A DNA stretch of 63,858 nt from Octopus bimaculoides. Lineage: Eukaryota. Positions 37,611 to 50,046 of the stretch are shown one piece after another. Positions within the stretch are counted from its first letter, which is position 1; every line of letters starts with the position of its first letter. The stretch is taken from positions 29,648,303 to 29,712,160 of the forward strand of contig NC_068991.1 of assembly GCF_001194135.2 (NCBI RefSeq), in the 5' to 3' direction. The notes under the pieces are model-generated. The model was given only the letters and a program-made list of their open reading frames with translations, was not told where the DNA came from and searched no databases. The translations under genes and the position numbers were made by a program.

Positions 37611-38114
37611 TTAAACAAAGCCCCATCATCCCATCATGACAACCCGCCTGATGAGCGTACACCAGGCACATGCAACACAGCCATATGTGCATGACATGGT
37701 AATTTCATATGAAAATAAACTGCAAATGACCTTGCAGGTGGTGTCCAGTTATAATTTTATTCACGTCGACTCGACCCCATTCCGCTCAAAAGGTCCTTAA
37801 TAAGGGCTGTTTAAGGATTTTGAACGAAACACCAATGTTTCCAAAGGCGAATTAACCAAGCCCCAAAGAATTCCTCTCAACATATGTCTATGATGCACAC
37901 TCACTACTCCTGCTCGTGATCGGAGATGCACATATCGTCAGCCACTAAGGAATATGCTCAACTGTTTAAGGTCAAACAACTGACAAGCAAATCTGTGGTA
38001 TTGGGCAGAATATTTGCTGTAGCCCATCTTTTATATCAAGACAAAGCAATGTACATGATAACACTTTCAATCAGAAGCCATGGAGCCACTGCCTGGTACT
38101 GCATCCGGGCTGTA

Positions 38115-38243
38115 TCATCATTATCATCATCCTAATCCTCCTCCTCCTCCTCCTCCTCCTCCTCATCATCATCATCATCGTTGTCGTCATCATCATCATC
38201 GTTGTCGTCATCATCATCATCGTTGTCGTCATCATCATCATTC

Positions 38244-38293
<50 letters not shown>
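38115..38293. repeat. Compound (CCT)n/(CAT)n microsatellite with a 21-bp higher-order unit x3
   Basis: (TCA)4 TCG TTG TCG repeated three times. Confidence 0.9.
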
Positions 38294-39175
38294 TTTATGC
38301 TATCATGATTGTCATTTTCATAATTGTTATAGTGCACTGTTCTGTAAACAAAACAACAGCCACCCCAGGACATTCTATACAACCCACTCCATACTGATAT
38401 TAAGGGGATTCACCAAAAGCTGTGAGTAAACGAAATCTTTTCCAACTAAAGATATCATCAGGTCAAATTTTTATTGCAATGGAAGAATAAAGACACTTCA
38501 GAAATTAAAAACTGAAATTGAAATGTACGTATGTATGCATTATGCACACATCAATATATATATGTGTGTGTGTGTGTGTGCGTGTGTGTGTGTGTGTGTG
38601 TGTTTGTTTGTGTGTGGGGGTGGTTGTTGGATGATTGTGCGTATGTGTTTGTGCATGTATACATATACTTGCAAACACACGAACACGATCACATACATAT
38701 ATCTTCTCTGAATAATTATTATTCTTTATCCTGAAGATTATATTTTGTTTATATAATATCATCCTTTCTATCATTCTTTCTATCACCTTCTCGGTAGCTT
38801 TCTATCTTTTCTTTATTTCCTTCTTTTTTCTTCTTTCTATGCCTTCCACAAAACATTCCATAGTTTAATAAAAATGAAATGCTATGAAAAATTCCATAGT
38901 TTGAAGAAAGGAGATAATGGAATAGAGCGGGAACAAGATGCGCTAATCAAAACTGGTAACTCTTGTTTCTGTTGACACAAACAATTTTTTCTGAAATATT
39001 TGGTTTTAAATGCTAAAATAAATATCGAGTCTCCAAATTATTATTGATTCCTGCTTGTCTGCCATCTTCATGTCTGCCATCTCCATGTCTGCTACTCTCG
39101 GAGTATATAAATTTTATAAATTCGTGAAAGCTATCAAAATATTGATATACAAACGCGGAATTCTAGTAGAATCAC

Positions 39176-39329
39176 CTTCTTCTTCTTCTTCTTCTTCTTC
39201 TTCTTCTTCTTCTTCTTCTTCTTCTTCTTCTTCTTCTTCTTCTTCTTCTTCTTCTTCTTCTTCTTCTTCTTCTTCTTCTTCTTCTTCTTCTTCTTCTTCT
39301 TCTTCTTCTTCTTCTTCTTCTTCTTCTTC
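39176..39329. repeat. (TTC)n microsatellite
   Basis: Direct reading; source of the poly-S/E/K ORFs. Confidence 0.97.
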
Positions 39330-39812
39330 GTCATCATCACCATCATCATCATCTTCTTTTCCTGCTCCTCCTGTCGTTTGAAACAATTACTCTGAATAAC
39401 GGCTGCCCTCAAATTTGTCGTTTTCGAACAAGATTACAGATGTTGAGTCGCTTCAGTACAGGACGGAATCCCCTCTGTGGTAAAGCTAATTCGGCACTTA
39501 CTCATCGAAAGCATTTTGAGTCCTATTCTTGGTCCACCGAGTGAGTCCTCTCTTATTGTGTGGATTTTAGGGAATGCTTTATTGCTAAAGAAGACAGAGT
39601 TCTTACGTCGGTTATATGATAAGGTAGTGGTATAGGGACGAGAGAGAAATCGTAGTGATATTGGGCAACAGAGATATCTAATAGTCGACACCATACTGGC
39701 GGTGACAGACCACGGATTGTTCAGGACAAGTTAGTAGGTTTTGCAATCGGCACCAGAACATCAGGAAAGTATCGCAACCACTTTAGAGAATTTACAGAAT
39801 AATATCAGCGGC

Positions 39813-39823
39813 AGTAGTAGTAA

Positions 39824-39874
<51 letters not shown>
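39813..39874. repeat. (TAG)n microsatellite
   Basis: Direct reading. Confidence 0.95.
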
Positions 39875-39875
<1 letters not shown>

Positions 39876-39994
39876 TATGGAGATTAATACAAGCTTTAAT
39901 GTGTGATAATGTAATGTCACAGACATTTTCCCTATTTTATTGTATTGTCGATAACTGACCAGATTTTGACTTCATTGATTTTAACTCTCATGAA

Positions 39995-40195
39995 AGCAGC
40001 GACCTGGCATGCCAGATAAAACGCTTAGCGCTATTTCGTTCGACTTTACGTTCCGGGTTCAAATTCTGCTGAGGTCGACTTTGCTTTTCAACCTTTCGTG
40101 GTCGATAAAATAAATACTAGTTGAACATTGGTGTCGATGTAATTAACTTCCATCTACCTTTTCCTAAATTCCAGGATTTGTATCTATAATAGAAA
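39995..40195 (+). mobile_element. SINE family B
   Basis: GCGACCTGGC...GGGTTCAAATTCTGCTGAGGTCGACTTTGC...GTCGATAAAATAAATACTAG. Confidence 0.8.
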
Positions 40196-40460
40196 CGATT
40201 TTGCATGTTATTTTCTTGACGTTTTTATCTCCCTTAATATTCATTTCTCAGACATTATTGAAAACAATTTTGAATTATTATAAAATAAAAACACATACAT
40301 TGTCGTAAAGACACAGATATTCACAAACACACGAACACACGTATGCATACACTCAAGCTTGTGTCCTTTAATACTCATTTCTGGAGAGCATGTTGTAATA
40401 TAAGATTCTCTCACACTTCTAGAGTCAGAAGAAAGAAAATAATGATATTTCCATCTCCTT

Positions 40461-40495
40461 TGTTGTTGCTGTCGTCGTCGTCGTCATCGTCGTCG

Positions 40496-40533
<38 letters not shown>

Positions 40534-40602
40534 CTTCTTCTTCTTCTTCTTCTTCTTCTTCTTCTTCTTCTTCTTCTTCTTCTTCTTCTTCTTCTTCTTC
40601 TT
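40461..40602. repeat. Compound (GTC)n(GTT)n(CTT)n microsatellite
   Basis: Direct reading. Confidence 0.95.
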
Positions 40603-40956
40603 CCTGTATACCTATCAAATTTCTCTCTTGTTCTATCGATAAAGCAGTGATAGAAATTGAAAGCTGGAATAAGTAAGCATAATACAAAGAAACAACAACA
40701 ACAACAATAACACAATACCCGAACGAAGAATAATAATAAGAAAGAAATAACATGAGTTTTTGACGTCGACAAATGTGAAGAGAGGCGATTGTAAGTGAGT
40801 AGCTTGAGAAGGATGAAGATACAATATGGCGGCTGTGTTTGACTAAGTTTTATTCGTTTGGTCATGTGTCATAAGTATATGCTGTTGAGTGTATGTTCGT
40901 AGGTAACTATAAGTTGGCACGTGCATCATTTTGCGTGTGCATGTGGATTTTCGAGC

Positions 40957-40999
<43 letters not shown>

Positions 41000-41049
41000 N
41001 NNNNNNNNNNNNNNNNNNNNNNNNNNNNAAAAAAAAAAAAAAAAAAAAA

Positions 41050-42045
41050 AGAAACGAAGACAGGTGTGTAAACAGCAAACAGATGTAGTAGTTTAACGTT
41101 CGGGAAGTGAGAAAGTCTTTTACGTTTCGAGCCTACGCTCTTCCACAGAAAGAAACACAGTGAGAAGCAGCGAGAGAAAATAAAAAAAGGTTTAGTGGCT
41201 ACCGATCTATCATGGTGAATGCCGGACAGAGGGGTAACACAGGAGAGCTAGGAAGAAGGGGAAATAATAAAGTAGTTGTGATCCCAAGACGAAGGTGCGC
41301 GTGCGTGTGTATGTGAGAGCGTGTAAGTACGTGTGGATGGGGTCTGGTGACCTTGACGTGTGTGTGTTTGCATGTGTAGTTGCGTGGTTGATGGTGTGGG
41401 TGTTGGGCAGTGGTCAGTGCTAGTGTGTCCGCTGGAGTGGGTGCTGGGAAGTGGTCAATGCTAGTGTGTGGAGTGGTGTGATGTGGTGTGGTGTGGTATG
41501 GTGTTGTGGTGTGTGGTGTGGTGGTGTTGGGGTGTGGGGGGCGAGAGTGAGGGAAGCAAGGGTGGGGTGCGGGTTGGGGAGAGTGGAGGTCGGGATGGGG
41601 TATATGGGAGTGCGGTGTAAGGGATGGTGTGGGCTGGGATGTATATGGATGGTGGTGTTGGAATGTGTAGGGTTGAGATAACGAGAGAGGGGTGACGATG
41701 AAGAGAGAGGGTGGAAAGGAGAAGATGGGTAGGGGTGAAGAGAGGAAGTAGGTCTCAGAACAAGAGAGGAGAGGTGGGTGGGAGGAAGTAGGTGTGAGAG
41801 GAAGAGAGGAGAGAGGAGAAGGGTTAGACGAAGAGGGGAGGAGAGTTGAGCCCATGTGGTGCAAGGGAGAGAAGAAAGAAGATTAATCCCTGTTCACAGC
41901 GAAGACGGAAGTCCGGATGGCCCCTGTGCAAGGACAATCCAAACACAGATAGGTGTTGTAAAGGATGACCGGTAGAGCGGAAATGGCGCGAGACCGGGGT
42001 GTCGTTGCCGAGTCTGATGTCTCGAAGGTGTTCCGCGAACCGGTA
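41050..42045 (-). mobile_element. Penelope-like element 3' fragment (GIY-YIG C-terminus plus terminal repeat)
   Basis: YRFAEHLRDIRLGNDTPVSRHFRSTGH...EQGLIFFLLSLAPHGLN (42045-41824) is a typical PLE endonuclease end. It is followed by low-complexity DNA and the HHR-bearing tail. Confidence 0.85.
41116..41153 (-). ncRNA. Minimal hammerhead-like motif, A6U core variant
   Basis: TCTTT | CTGTGGAA | GAGC gtag GCTC | GAAAC GTA | AAAGA. Confidence 0.65.
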
Positions 42046-42202
42046 TGTATGTACGTACATACAAACATACAAAAATACATACATACATACATACATTATA
42101 TCTACATACATTATACATACAAACATACACTATATATACTATAGTCAAACGTCAAAGCATATTTCGCTGCACAGTCTTCTTATATCTAATCAAATCTATC
42201 TG

Positions 42203-42242
<40 letters not shown>

Positions 42243-42708
42243 TACTTCACTACCTCTGTCTGTTTGTCTGTCTGTCTGTTTGTCCGTCTGTCTGTCTGTT
42301 TGTCTGTCTGTTTGTCTGTCTGTTTGTCTGTCTGTCTGTCTATCTCTCTCTCTCTCTCTTTCTCTCCCCCTCTCTCTCTTTCTCTCCCCCCTCTCTCTCT
42401 CTCTCTCTCTCTATCTATTTATCTATCTATCTATCTTTCAGTCTCTGTCTTTCTGTATAAATATATGTATGATTGTATGCATGTACGTATATATTTATGT
42501 GAATATTTAAACATTATAGTGTTACCGAAAACTGTGCCATCAGTTTACTGCGTTTTATATCCCAAGAATAAATATGGAGGAAGACGTTGTGAAGCAGAAG
42601 TGTAGAAATTTTCGTTTGAGAGGAAGAAAGAAACATCTTAAAAGGAGGTTTAAATGTGTCACGAGATATGAGCATCAGTTCAAGTAGACATATGCTCCAG
42701 TAGATGTT

Positions 42709-42774
42709 GGTAGGGCGATAGAGTCACAGTAGGTAGGGCGATAGAGTCACAGTAGGTAGGGCGATAGAGTCACA
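42709..42774. repeat. 23-bp tandem triplication at the SINE 5' junction
   Basis: (GGTAGGGCGATAGAGTCACAGTA)2 GGTAGGGCGATAGAGTCACA. Confidence 0.95.
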
Positions 42775-43007
42775 AGGTGGTGAACTGGCAGAAACGTTAG
42801 CATGCTGAGCGAAGTGCTTAGCGGTATTTCATCTGCCGTTACGTTCTGAGTTCAAATTCCGCCGAGGTCGACTTTGCCTTTCATCCTTTCGGGGTCGATA
42901 AATTAAGTACCAGTTACGCACTGGGGTCGATGTAATCGGCTTAATCCCTTTGTCTGTCCTTGTTTGTCCCCTCTATATTTATCCCCCTGTGGGCAATAAG
43001 GAAATAA
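42775..43007 (+). mobile_element. SINE family B, full length, 12-bp TSD
   Basis: tRNA-like head with B-box GAGTTCAAATTCC; TSD GATAGAGTCACA at 42763-42774 and 43008-43019. Confidence 0.95.
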
Positions 43008-43117
43008 GATAGAGTCACAGCATCGCACAACATTTGTAGCCGCCTATGATGTGAGTGATTTTGCGCTCTCATTTCCATTCACGCTGAGATCAAATTTGAC
43101 TATATATACATACATAC

Positions 43118-43180
<63 letters not shown>

Positions 43181-43746
43181 CATATATATACATATATATA
43201 TATATGTAGGTAGGTAGGTATGTAGATAAAGTTATAATTGCTAAGTTTAGCTTTCTATATATGCATAAACACACACACACACACACACACATATACAGAG
43301 AGAAAGAGAGAGGATTGACACAGATAAAGTTATAATTCTTAATTATAAATATAAATATGTGTGTGTGCGTGTGTGTGTTTGTATGTGTTTGTATGTGTGC
43401 GTGTGCGCGCGCGCGTAATGAGAAAGTTCTCAAAATATCTGCATATAAACAACTTGTCGGATATATAAATTATGTGAGGAAGTTGAGAAGTAAGAGATGA
43501 AAAAGACGGGTTTTCTTGCACAATTAACCACTAATGAACGTTATAATATTTATGCAGTTAATGTTTCGTCTTTGTCCCGATAGATATAAAAACTCTCATT
43601 GGTAGACGTATAGATTGATAAACGAATGCATGGTGCATACGAATGCATGGTGCATACATACATAAACGAATGCATGGTGCATACATACATACATATGCAT
43701 ACGCACGCAACCATCTATCCACAAATGCACACTCACACGCACACAT

Positions 43747-43828
<82 letters not shown>

Positions 43829-43839
43829 ATGAGTGTCTA

Positions 43840-43906
<67 letters not shown>

Positions 43907-44454
43907 ATATGTATGTAATACGTATGTGTGTGTATGTGTATCCACATATAGTTATGCCCTTCGCTGAGAATAACATGAAATAAACAAATGCACTTACCTC
44001 TGTGATGCATACATATAAATGCACATATGCCTGTGATTGTGACTTAGTTGGATAGTATAAGAGTGTTTGCTTAGAGTGTCGTGGGTAGTCGCGTGCATTT
44101 AAGTTAAACACACGGTGAATCATTTATAGATGTACGGTGGTCTGTTTACGTAATAACAATAGCTCTGAATGTACACACATACGAATAGTTTATATAAGTA
44201 TGTATGTATGTATGTATGTATGTATTTTCACGTGCGCGTGGGAGTATGCTTTAAGTGTCGACTATAAAGCCATTATGATCAATAAACTGCTCTTGAAACC
44301 CATTTAGAACGAAGAATAATTCCAAATTTCGGTGGTTGAAGAAGTAAGGAAAAAAAAAAAAAGGAGCTGAATTAGGTCAACTACTTTAAACATAGAACCC
44401 AGAGCAAAAATATAATGGAAACTACAAATAATGATAATAATAATAATAATGATA

Positions 44455-44665
44455 GTTTCAAATTTTGCCACCTTGCAGCATTTTGAGGATGGGGTTAAGT
44501 CGATTACATCAACCCCATTGTTCATCTGGTACTTATTTCATCGACCCCCAAAGGATGAAAGGCAAAGGGGACTTCGACGGAGTTTGAACTCAGAATGTAG
44601 CGGCAGATGATATACCGCTAAGCATTTCGCTCGGTGTGCTATCGATTCTGTCAGCTCATCGCCTT
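44455..44665 (-). mobile_element. SINE family B within an (AAT)n tract
   Basis: Reverse complement of head (GATTCTGTCAGCTCATCGCCTT) and B-box (TTTGAACTC); (AAT)n on both sides, right tract 44665-44769. Confidence 0.9.
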
Positions 44666-44678
44666 AATAATAATAATG

Positions 44679-44748
<70 letters not shown>

Positions 44749-45324
44749 TGATGATGATGATAATAATAAATTATGAGTAAAATCTGTAATAAAATGGAAC
44801 ACAAAACTTAACTAAATAGCTGTCATTACTAACACAGGCAATAAATCCCATATGAAGATGAGACGAAATATATCTAGAAGTTTTAAATTCAATTCAGACA
44901 GTCAAATGTATCTTTACAAAGCACTTCAAGTCGCGTATTAATGCTTTTAGGAAAGACTGCATAAATGCAAAAAAAAACAAAAAAAAACAAACAAAAAAAC
45001 AAAAAAGAAAACAAAGAAAAAACAGCAAAGAAACAAACAAAGGGTTTCAGGAAGAAACAGCAAAGTAGATTATAAGATAAACATCAGTCAAACAAACCAT
45101 AGCTGAAAGGAAGTATACTTTCAGCAACAAACGAAAAATTTGTTCGGAAGATAAAATACAATACGTGTTATTTTGATAATCTATACGTTTTTCTCGGTGA
45201 TTCTATAGCCTATACACCTGTACAGTTACACAGTTAATTACTGCAGAATCGAAACCTTTCTCTTGCCATATATAATCGATCTTTTGTTGATTGTTTTTCA
45301 CAAGTGCAAAGCTATTAGTCAGAT

Positions 45325-46650
45325 GTCAAATTGGTGCCAATATCATTGCGGTTTTTAATTACCAGTTTTTAAGCAATATATCTCAGCTGAGAGTAAATTT
45401 CATTAGACGAACTAATAACCATTAGAAGCTATATATTTTCGTCAAGAAGGAATAAGTGTATTCCAGTCGTATAAGAGTATGCTGTCCAAGAAGCGATGAA
45501 TTCTTCCAAGTCGTGAGCTGCGACTGTTTGGCTGTCGCAAAATCGTTTTGGTGGAAAATTATCGAGATGCTTCGAAGATAATCGGTCGGAGAACGATCTG
45601 AGATGTAAGATGGCTGAGATGGTTGAGATTAAATTCAGCAGGCCAGTTTACTGAATGTCTACAGTAATTTATAGCACAATGCCTTTAGATGTTGCATTAA
45701 GACAATCTAGTCCTTTTCCATCCGTTCTTGCAGTTCTAAGTGTATTTTGTTGATTCCCTAACTATACCTTGTTTTTATGATTGTTTCACCAGAATTCAAG
45801 GGAAAGGAGTGTGAGATTCTAAAGCAGTGACGACTAATTTCTGAAGAAGCTCCAGTTTAGTATTTTGGAGTTTAGTATTTTGGAGTTTAGTATTTGGAGT
45901 TTAGTATTTGGAGTTTAGTATTTGGAGTTTAGTATTTTGGAGTTTAGTATTTGGAGTTTAGAATTTTGGAGCTTCAAGTTGATCTACAAATTATGCGGAA
46001 CATCATTGTCTGTTATATAGAATGCATCTTTCGTCCTATATTACAATGCTATCCAGAAATGATAAATTTTGTCATGCAAAACGAAAACAGAACAGATTTT
46101 CTAATGGTGATATATTCACTTTTGTTCATATATGCCTCCATTTGTCGAGGATTTCTGGCTTTCTTGTATAAAACAAATGCCTAGTAACTCTTGAATGGTC
46201 TACGTTCAGCTCTTCTACAACCACTCGAGATGTTTCGTAGGCTTACCAAACAAAAAACAGATGCACTTGGTTTCAATCACAGATTGCCGCTCGCAAACAT
46301 CTTTAAGATTCTCATCACCAATGTGAAAATTTTCGAACCAAAATTGAGTTGTGTGCGTGTTAACGATTTACTGGCCAAATTTTTGGTTGACATGGCGATC
46401 AGTTTTTCACTGGTTTAGCTCCACTTTCATCTTATACAATAAAATAACTCACGCTTCTTTTATCCCATTTTATTTCTTTCTTTTTTTTTGTTCACCCTTT
46501 TGACATTCTAAAATAAACACTAATAAACAGTAAGATTCAAACCAAACCTGTGCTTCAAAATTTCATATTACACGAATATGGCAAGATATAAACCTATTCT
46601 AATGATACAAACCTATTCTAACAAACACCAGAATAATTTTTGCGAATTAT
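45325..46650 (-). mobile_element. Decayed ~1.3 kb mariner (DD34D, Hsmar1/cecropia-like)
   Basis: TIR-like ATTGGTGCCAATATCATTGCGGTTTTT at about 45333-45359 and a degenerate partner near 46625-46650. Minus-strand peptides QFWFENFHIGDENLKD, DERCILYN, EAPK, SDRSPTDY and DLEEFIASW. Confidence 0.75.
45856..45971. repeat. 14/15-bp minisatellite x8
   Basis: TTTAGTATT(T)TGGAG repeated eight times, bracketed by the inverted 9-mer GAAGCTCCA (45846-45854) / TGGAGCTTC (45967-45975). Confidence 0.95.
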
Positions 46651-47065
46651 AGGTGCAAGAGTGGATGTGTGGTAAGTAGCTTGCTTAGCAACCACATGCG
46701 TCCGGGTTCAATCCCACTGTGTGGCATCTTAGGCAAGTGTCTTCTACTATAGTCTCGGGCCGACCAAAGCCTTGTGAGTGGATTTGGTAGACGGAAACTG
46801 AAAGAAACCCGTCATATATATGTATGTATATATGTGTGTGTGTGTGTGCGTGTTTGTGTGTCTGTGTTTGTGCCCCTAGCATCGCTTGACAACCGATGCT
46901 AGTGTGTTTACGTCCCCGTAACCTAGCGGTTCGGCAAAAGCCACCGAAAGAATAAGTACTAGGCTTACAAAGAATAAGTCCTGGGGTCGATTTGTTCGAC
47001 TAAAGGCGGTGCTCCAGCATGGCCACAGTCAAATGACTGAAACATGTAAAAGAGTAAAAGATAGT
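46651..47065 (+). mobile_element. SINE family A, full length
   Basis: A-box-like TGGATGTGTGG, B-box GGTTCAATCCC, internal (TA)/(TG)n, 3' half and (A-rich)n tail. Confidence 0.95.
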
Positions 47066-47346
47066 AAAAATAGAAAAACTGAATTTGTCCGGTAATCGAA
47101 ACCTGATCGCCAAACCCGCCTGCTAGCCGCTTATTTCTAATTTCCGTGGCTGACGTTTACTTTAGACAATCTACAAAAGTATACGTTGATAACGACAAAC
47201 TTGAAAATGCGAATGATGATTGGTTGAATTGCATTTCAATTGCACTTCAACCAAAATTGCATTTTGCTCAATTGTAAAACATGATTGGTAACCTTATGCA
47301 GTAATCAGCTAGTCTACAACACACACAAACACACACACATACACAC

Positions 47347-47416
<70 letters not shown>

Positions 47417-47647
47417 ACACGCTTACAAGCAGATAATGATGCACATCGTATTGATGTACGCATGTATATTCTGAACCATTGTCGTATAGTTTGCTACTGA
47501 AAGGGAGTTGCAAATGAAATAATTTATTGACTCTGTATAAGTGTGTGTATGTGTTTGTATTTGTGTGTTTGCTATACACTATGTTGAATAATATACACAG
47601 TTCAGTAGCTATACAATATATCACAGGCAGTTGTATGCGTAATGTAA

Positions 47648-47681
<34 letters not shown>

Positions 47682-48024
47682 TTGAGCATGTATGTACATA
47701 TGTATGTATGTATGTATGTATATGTGTATGTATGTGTGTATGCACATTTACATACTTTGGTGACCATACAATATATTACATATAGATAAGCCATTTACAC
47801 ACACAGACACACATATGTATGTATATGCATATATATATAAGTGTGTGTGTATGTGTGTATGTGTGTGTGTGTGTGTGTGTGTGTAAGTGCGTGTTTCATT
47901 GTGTTTGTACGCATTTTTTCGCATATGTATGGGCGTTTGAATATGTGTGTATGATTGCGTATGTGCTTGACTCTGTGTGTGTGTGTGTGTGTATGTGTGT
48001 ATGTATATATATATCTTTTATTCT

Positions 48025-48425
48025 TTACCTTTTACTTGTTTCAGTCATTAGACTGTGGTCATGCTGCGGTACCTACTTGAAGAATTTATAGTTGAATGTA
48101 TCGACTTCAGCACATTTTTTAAAGACTGGTACTTATTCTATCAATACCTTTTGGCAAACCGCTAGGTTTCAGAGACACAACCACACTAACACCAGTTGCC
48201 AAATGATGGAAGGGGGACAAACATAGACACGCAAAGACATAGATATATACACATAGGCGCAGAAGTGGATGTGTGGTAAGTAGCTTGCTTACGAACCACA
48301 TGGTCCCAGGTTCCGTCCCACTGCGTGGCACCTTGGGCAAGTGTCTTCTACTATAGCCTCGGGCCGACCAAAGCCATGTGAGAGGATTTGGTAGACGGAA
48401 ACTGCAAGAAGCTCGTCATATATGC

Positions 48426-48473
<48 letters not shown>

Positions 48474-48536
48474 TCATGTTTGTTTGTCTGTGTGTGTCCC
48501 CCAACATCGCTTGACAACCGATGCTGGTCTGTTTAT
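48025..48536. mobile_element. Inverted pair of SINE A copies
   Basis: 48025-48235 is a 3' half on the - strand; 48255-48536 is a + strand copy from its head into the gap. Confidence 0.85.
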
Positions 48537-49065
48537 NNNNNNNNNNNNNNNNNNNNNNNNNNNNNNNNNNNNNNNNNNNNNNNNNNNNNNNNNNNNNNNN
48601 NNNNNNNNNNNNNNNNNNNNNNNNNNNNNNNNNNNNNNNNNNNNNNNNNNNNNNNNNNNNNNNNNNNNNNNNNNNNNNNNNNNNNNNNNNNNNNNNNNNN
48701 NNNNNNNNNNNNNNNNNNNNNNNNNNNNNNNNNNNNNNNNNNNNNNNNNNNNNNNNNNNNNNNNNNNNNNNNNNNNNNNNNNNNNNNNNNNNNNNNNNNN
48801 NNNNNNNNNNNNNNNNNNNNNNNNNNNNNNNNNNNNNNNNNNNNNNNNNNNNNNNNNNNNNNNNNNNNNNNNNNNNNNNNNNNNNNNNNNNNNNNNNNNN
48901 NNNNNNNNNNNNNNNNNNNNNNNNNNNNNNNNNNNNNNNNNNNNNNNNNNNNNNNNNNNNNNNNNNNNNNNNNNNNNNNNNNNNNNNNNNNNNNNNNNNN
49001 NNNNNNNNNNNNNNNNNNNNNNNNNNNNNNNNNNNNNNNNNNNNNNNNNNNNNNNNNNNNNNNNN

Positions 49066-49096
<31 letters not shown>

Positions 49097-50002
49097 GCTT
49101 AAAAGAATGTAAAGAAATATCAGGTAAAAAAATATTAATCATTGCAAAATGTTAATATAATTATTTGAAAAGATATAGAAACAACTTTGGCCATATTTTA
49201 GTCTTATTTTGATCTCATTGATAAATTATAAACGTCACAATACTTGCCGAAGCAGTGAGATTTGAGAATGTACTGCAATGTACAATGGTCGATATAGAAA
49301 ACGTGAAACATTAGGAAAATAAGTTATTCAGTTATGCAATTTATGTGAAAAATACCGTAGTTACATTAATATTAACCTGTTAAATGTGGCTTAGTTTAGA
49401 AACTAATCATAAATAATTAAGTGAAAATGTCAATATTTCTATCTATCAAATATTATTTTAATTATTTTAAGAAGCATGGGAGATTGCTTACAACATATTT
49501 TGGTTCTATGATGACCTCATTAGCAAAACATAGATTTCAATATAGTTGTCGACATGTGATTCATTAAACAAATATACAACACAGTAATCTGGTTAATCAA
49601 GGAACTGTTTGCTTGATAAACATTTTATTGTTTGTTTATTCATTTATTTATTATTTAGTTCTAGTTTGATGAGGAAGAAAGAATGAATTTATCTGCAAAC
49701 TGGTGTCGTTGCCTAAATGCTTACAACATAGTGGACTCTTCTAAAGTACTCCAGATGATGGATTATTTTGCCTCCACATGACCGCAGCTTTTAAGCTGAA
49801 ACAATTTAAAGAATTAAAGAATAATTGAGGCAGTTAAGATTTAAAATCTGGAACGGCTTCGAGTAAAGATTCACTTAGTTAAAAATAACATGACTCTAAA
49901 CAAGAAAAACAACAACCACATCATCAACAATGAATATTACTTATGTAAAATGTTTATGATAATGTAATGTAATAATACTGCCATATATTGATGTAATATA
50001 AA

Positions 50003-50046
50003 ACATCTAGTGTTTGTATAATTGTAATTATACAAACACTAGATGT
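50003..50046. repeat. Perfect 21-bp inverted repeat with 2-nt spacer
   Basis: ACATCTAGTGTTTGTATAATT gt AATTATACAAACACTAGATGT. Confidence 0.97.

Noticed and set aside
37620-38110. Non-simple sequence between the mariner remnant and the (CAT)n tract; possible LINE UTR with an HDV-like ribozyme
   Set aside because: A double-pseudoknot fold could not be assigned by eye, and there is no second copy in the window.
39434-39790. Non-repetitive segment with an 86-aa minus ORF
   Set aside because: No recognisable motif, and competing weak exon calls on the + strand.
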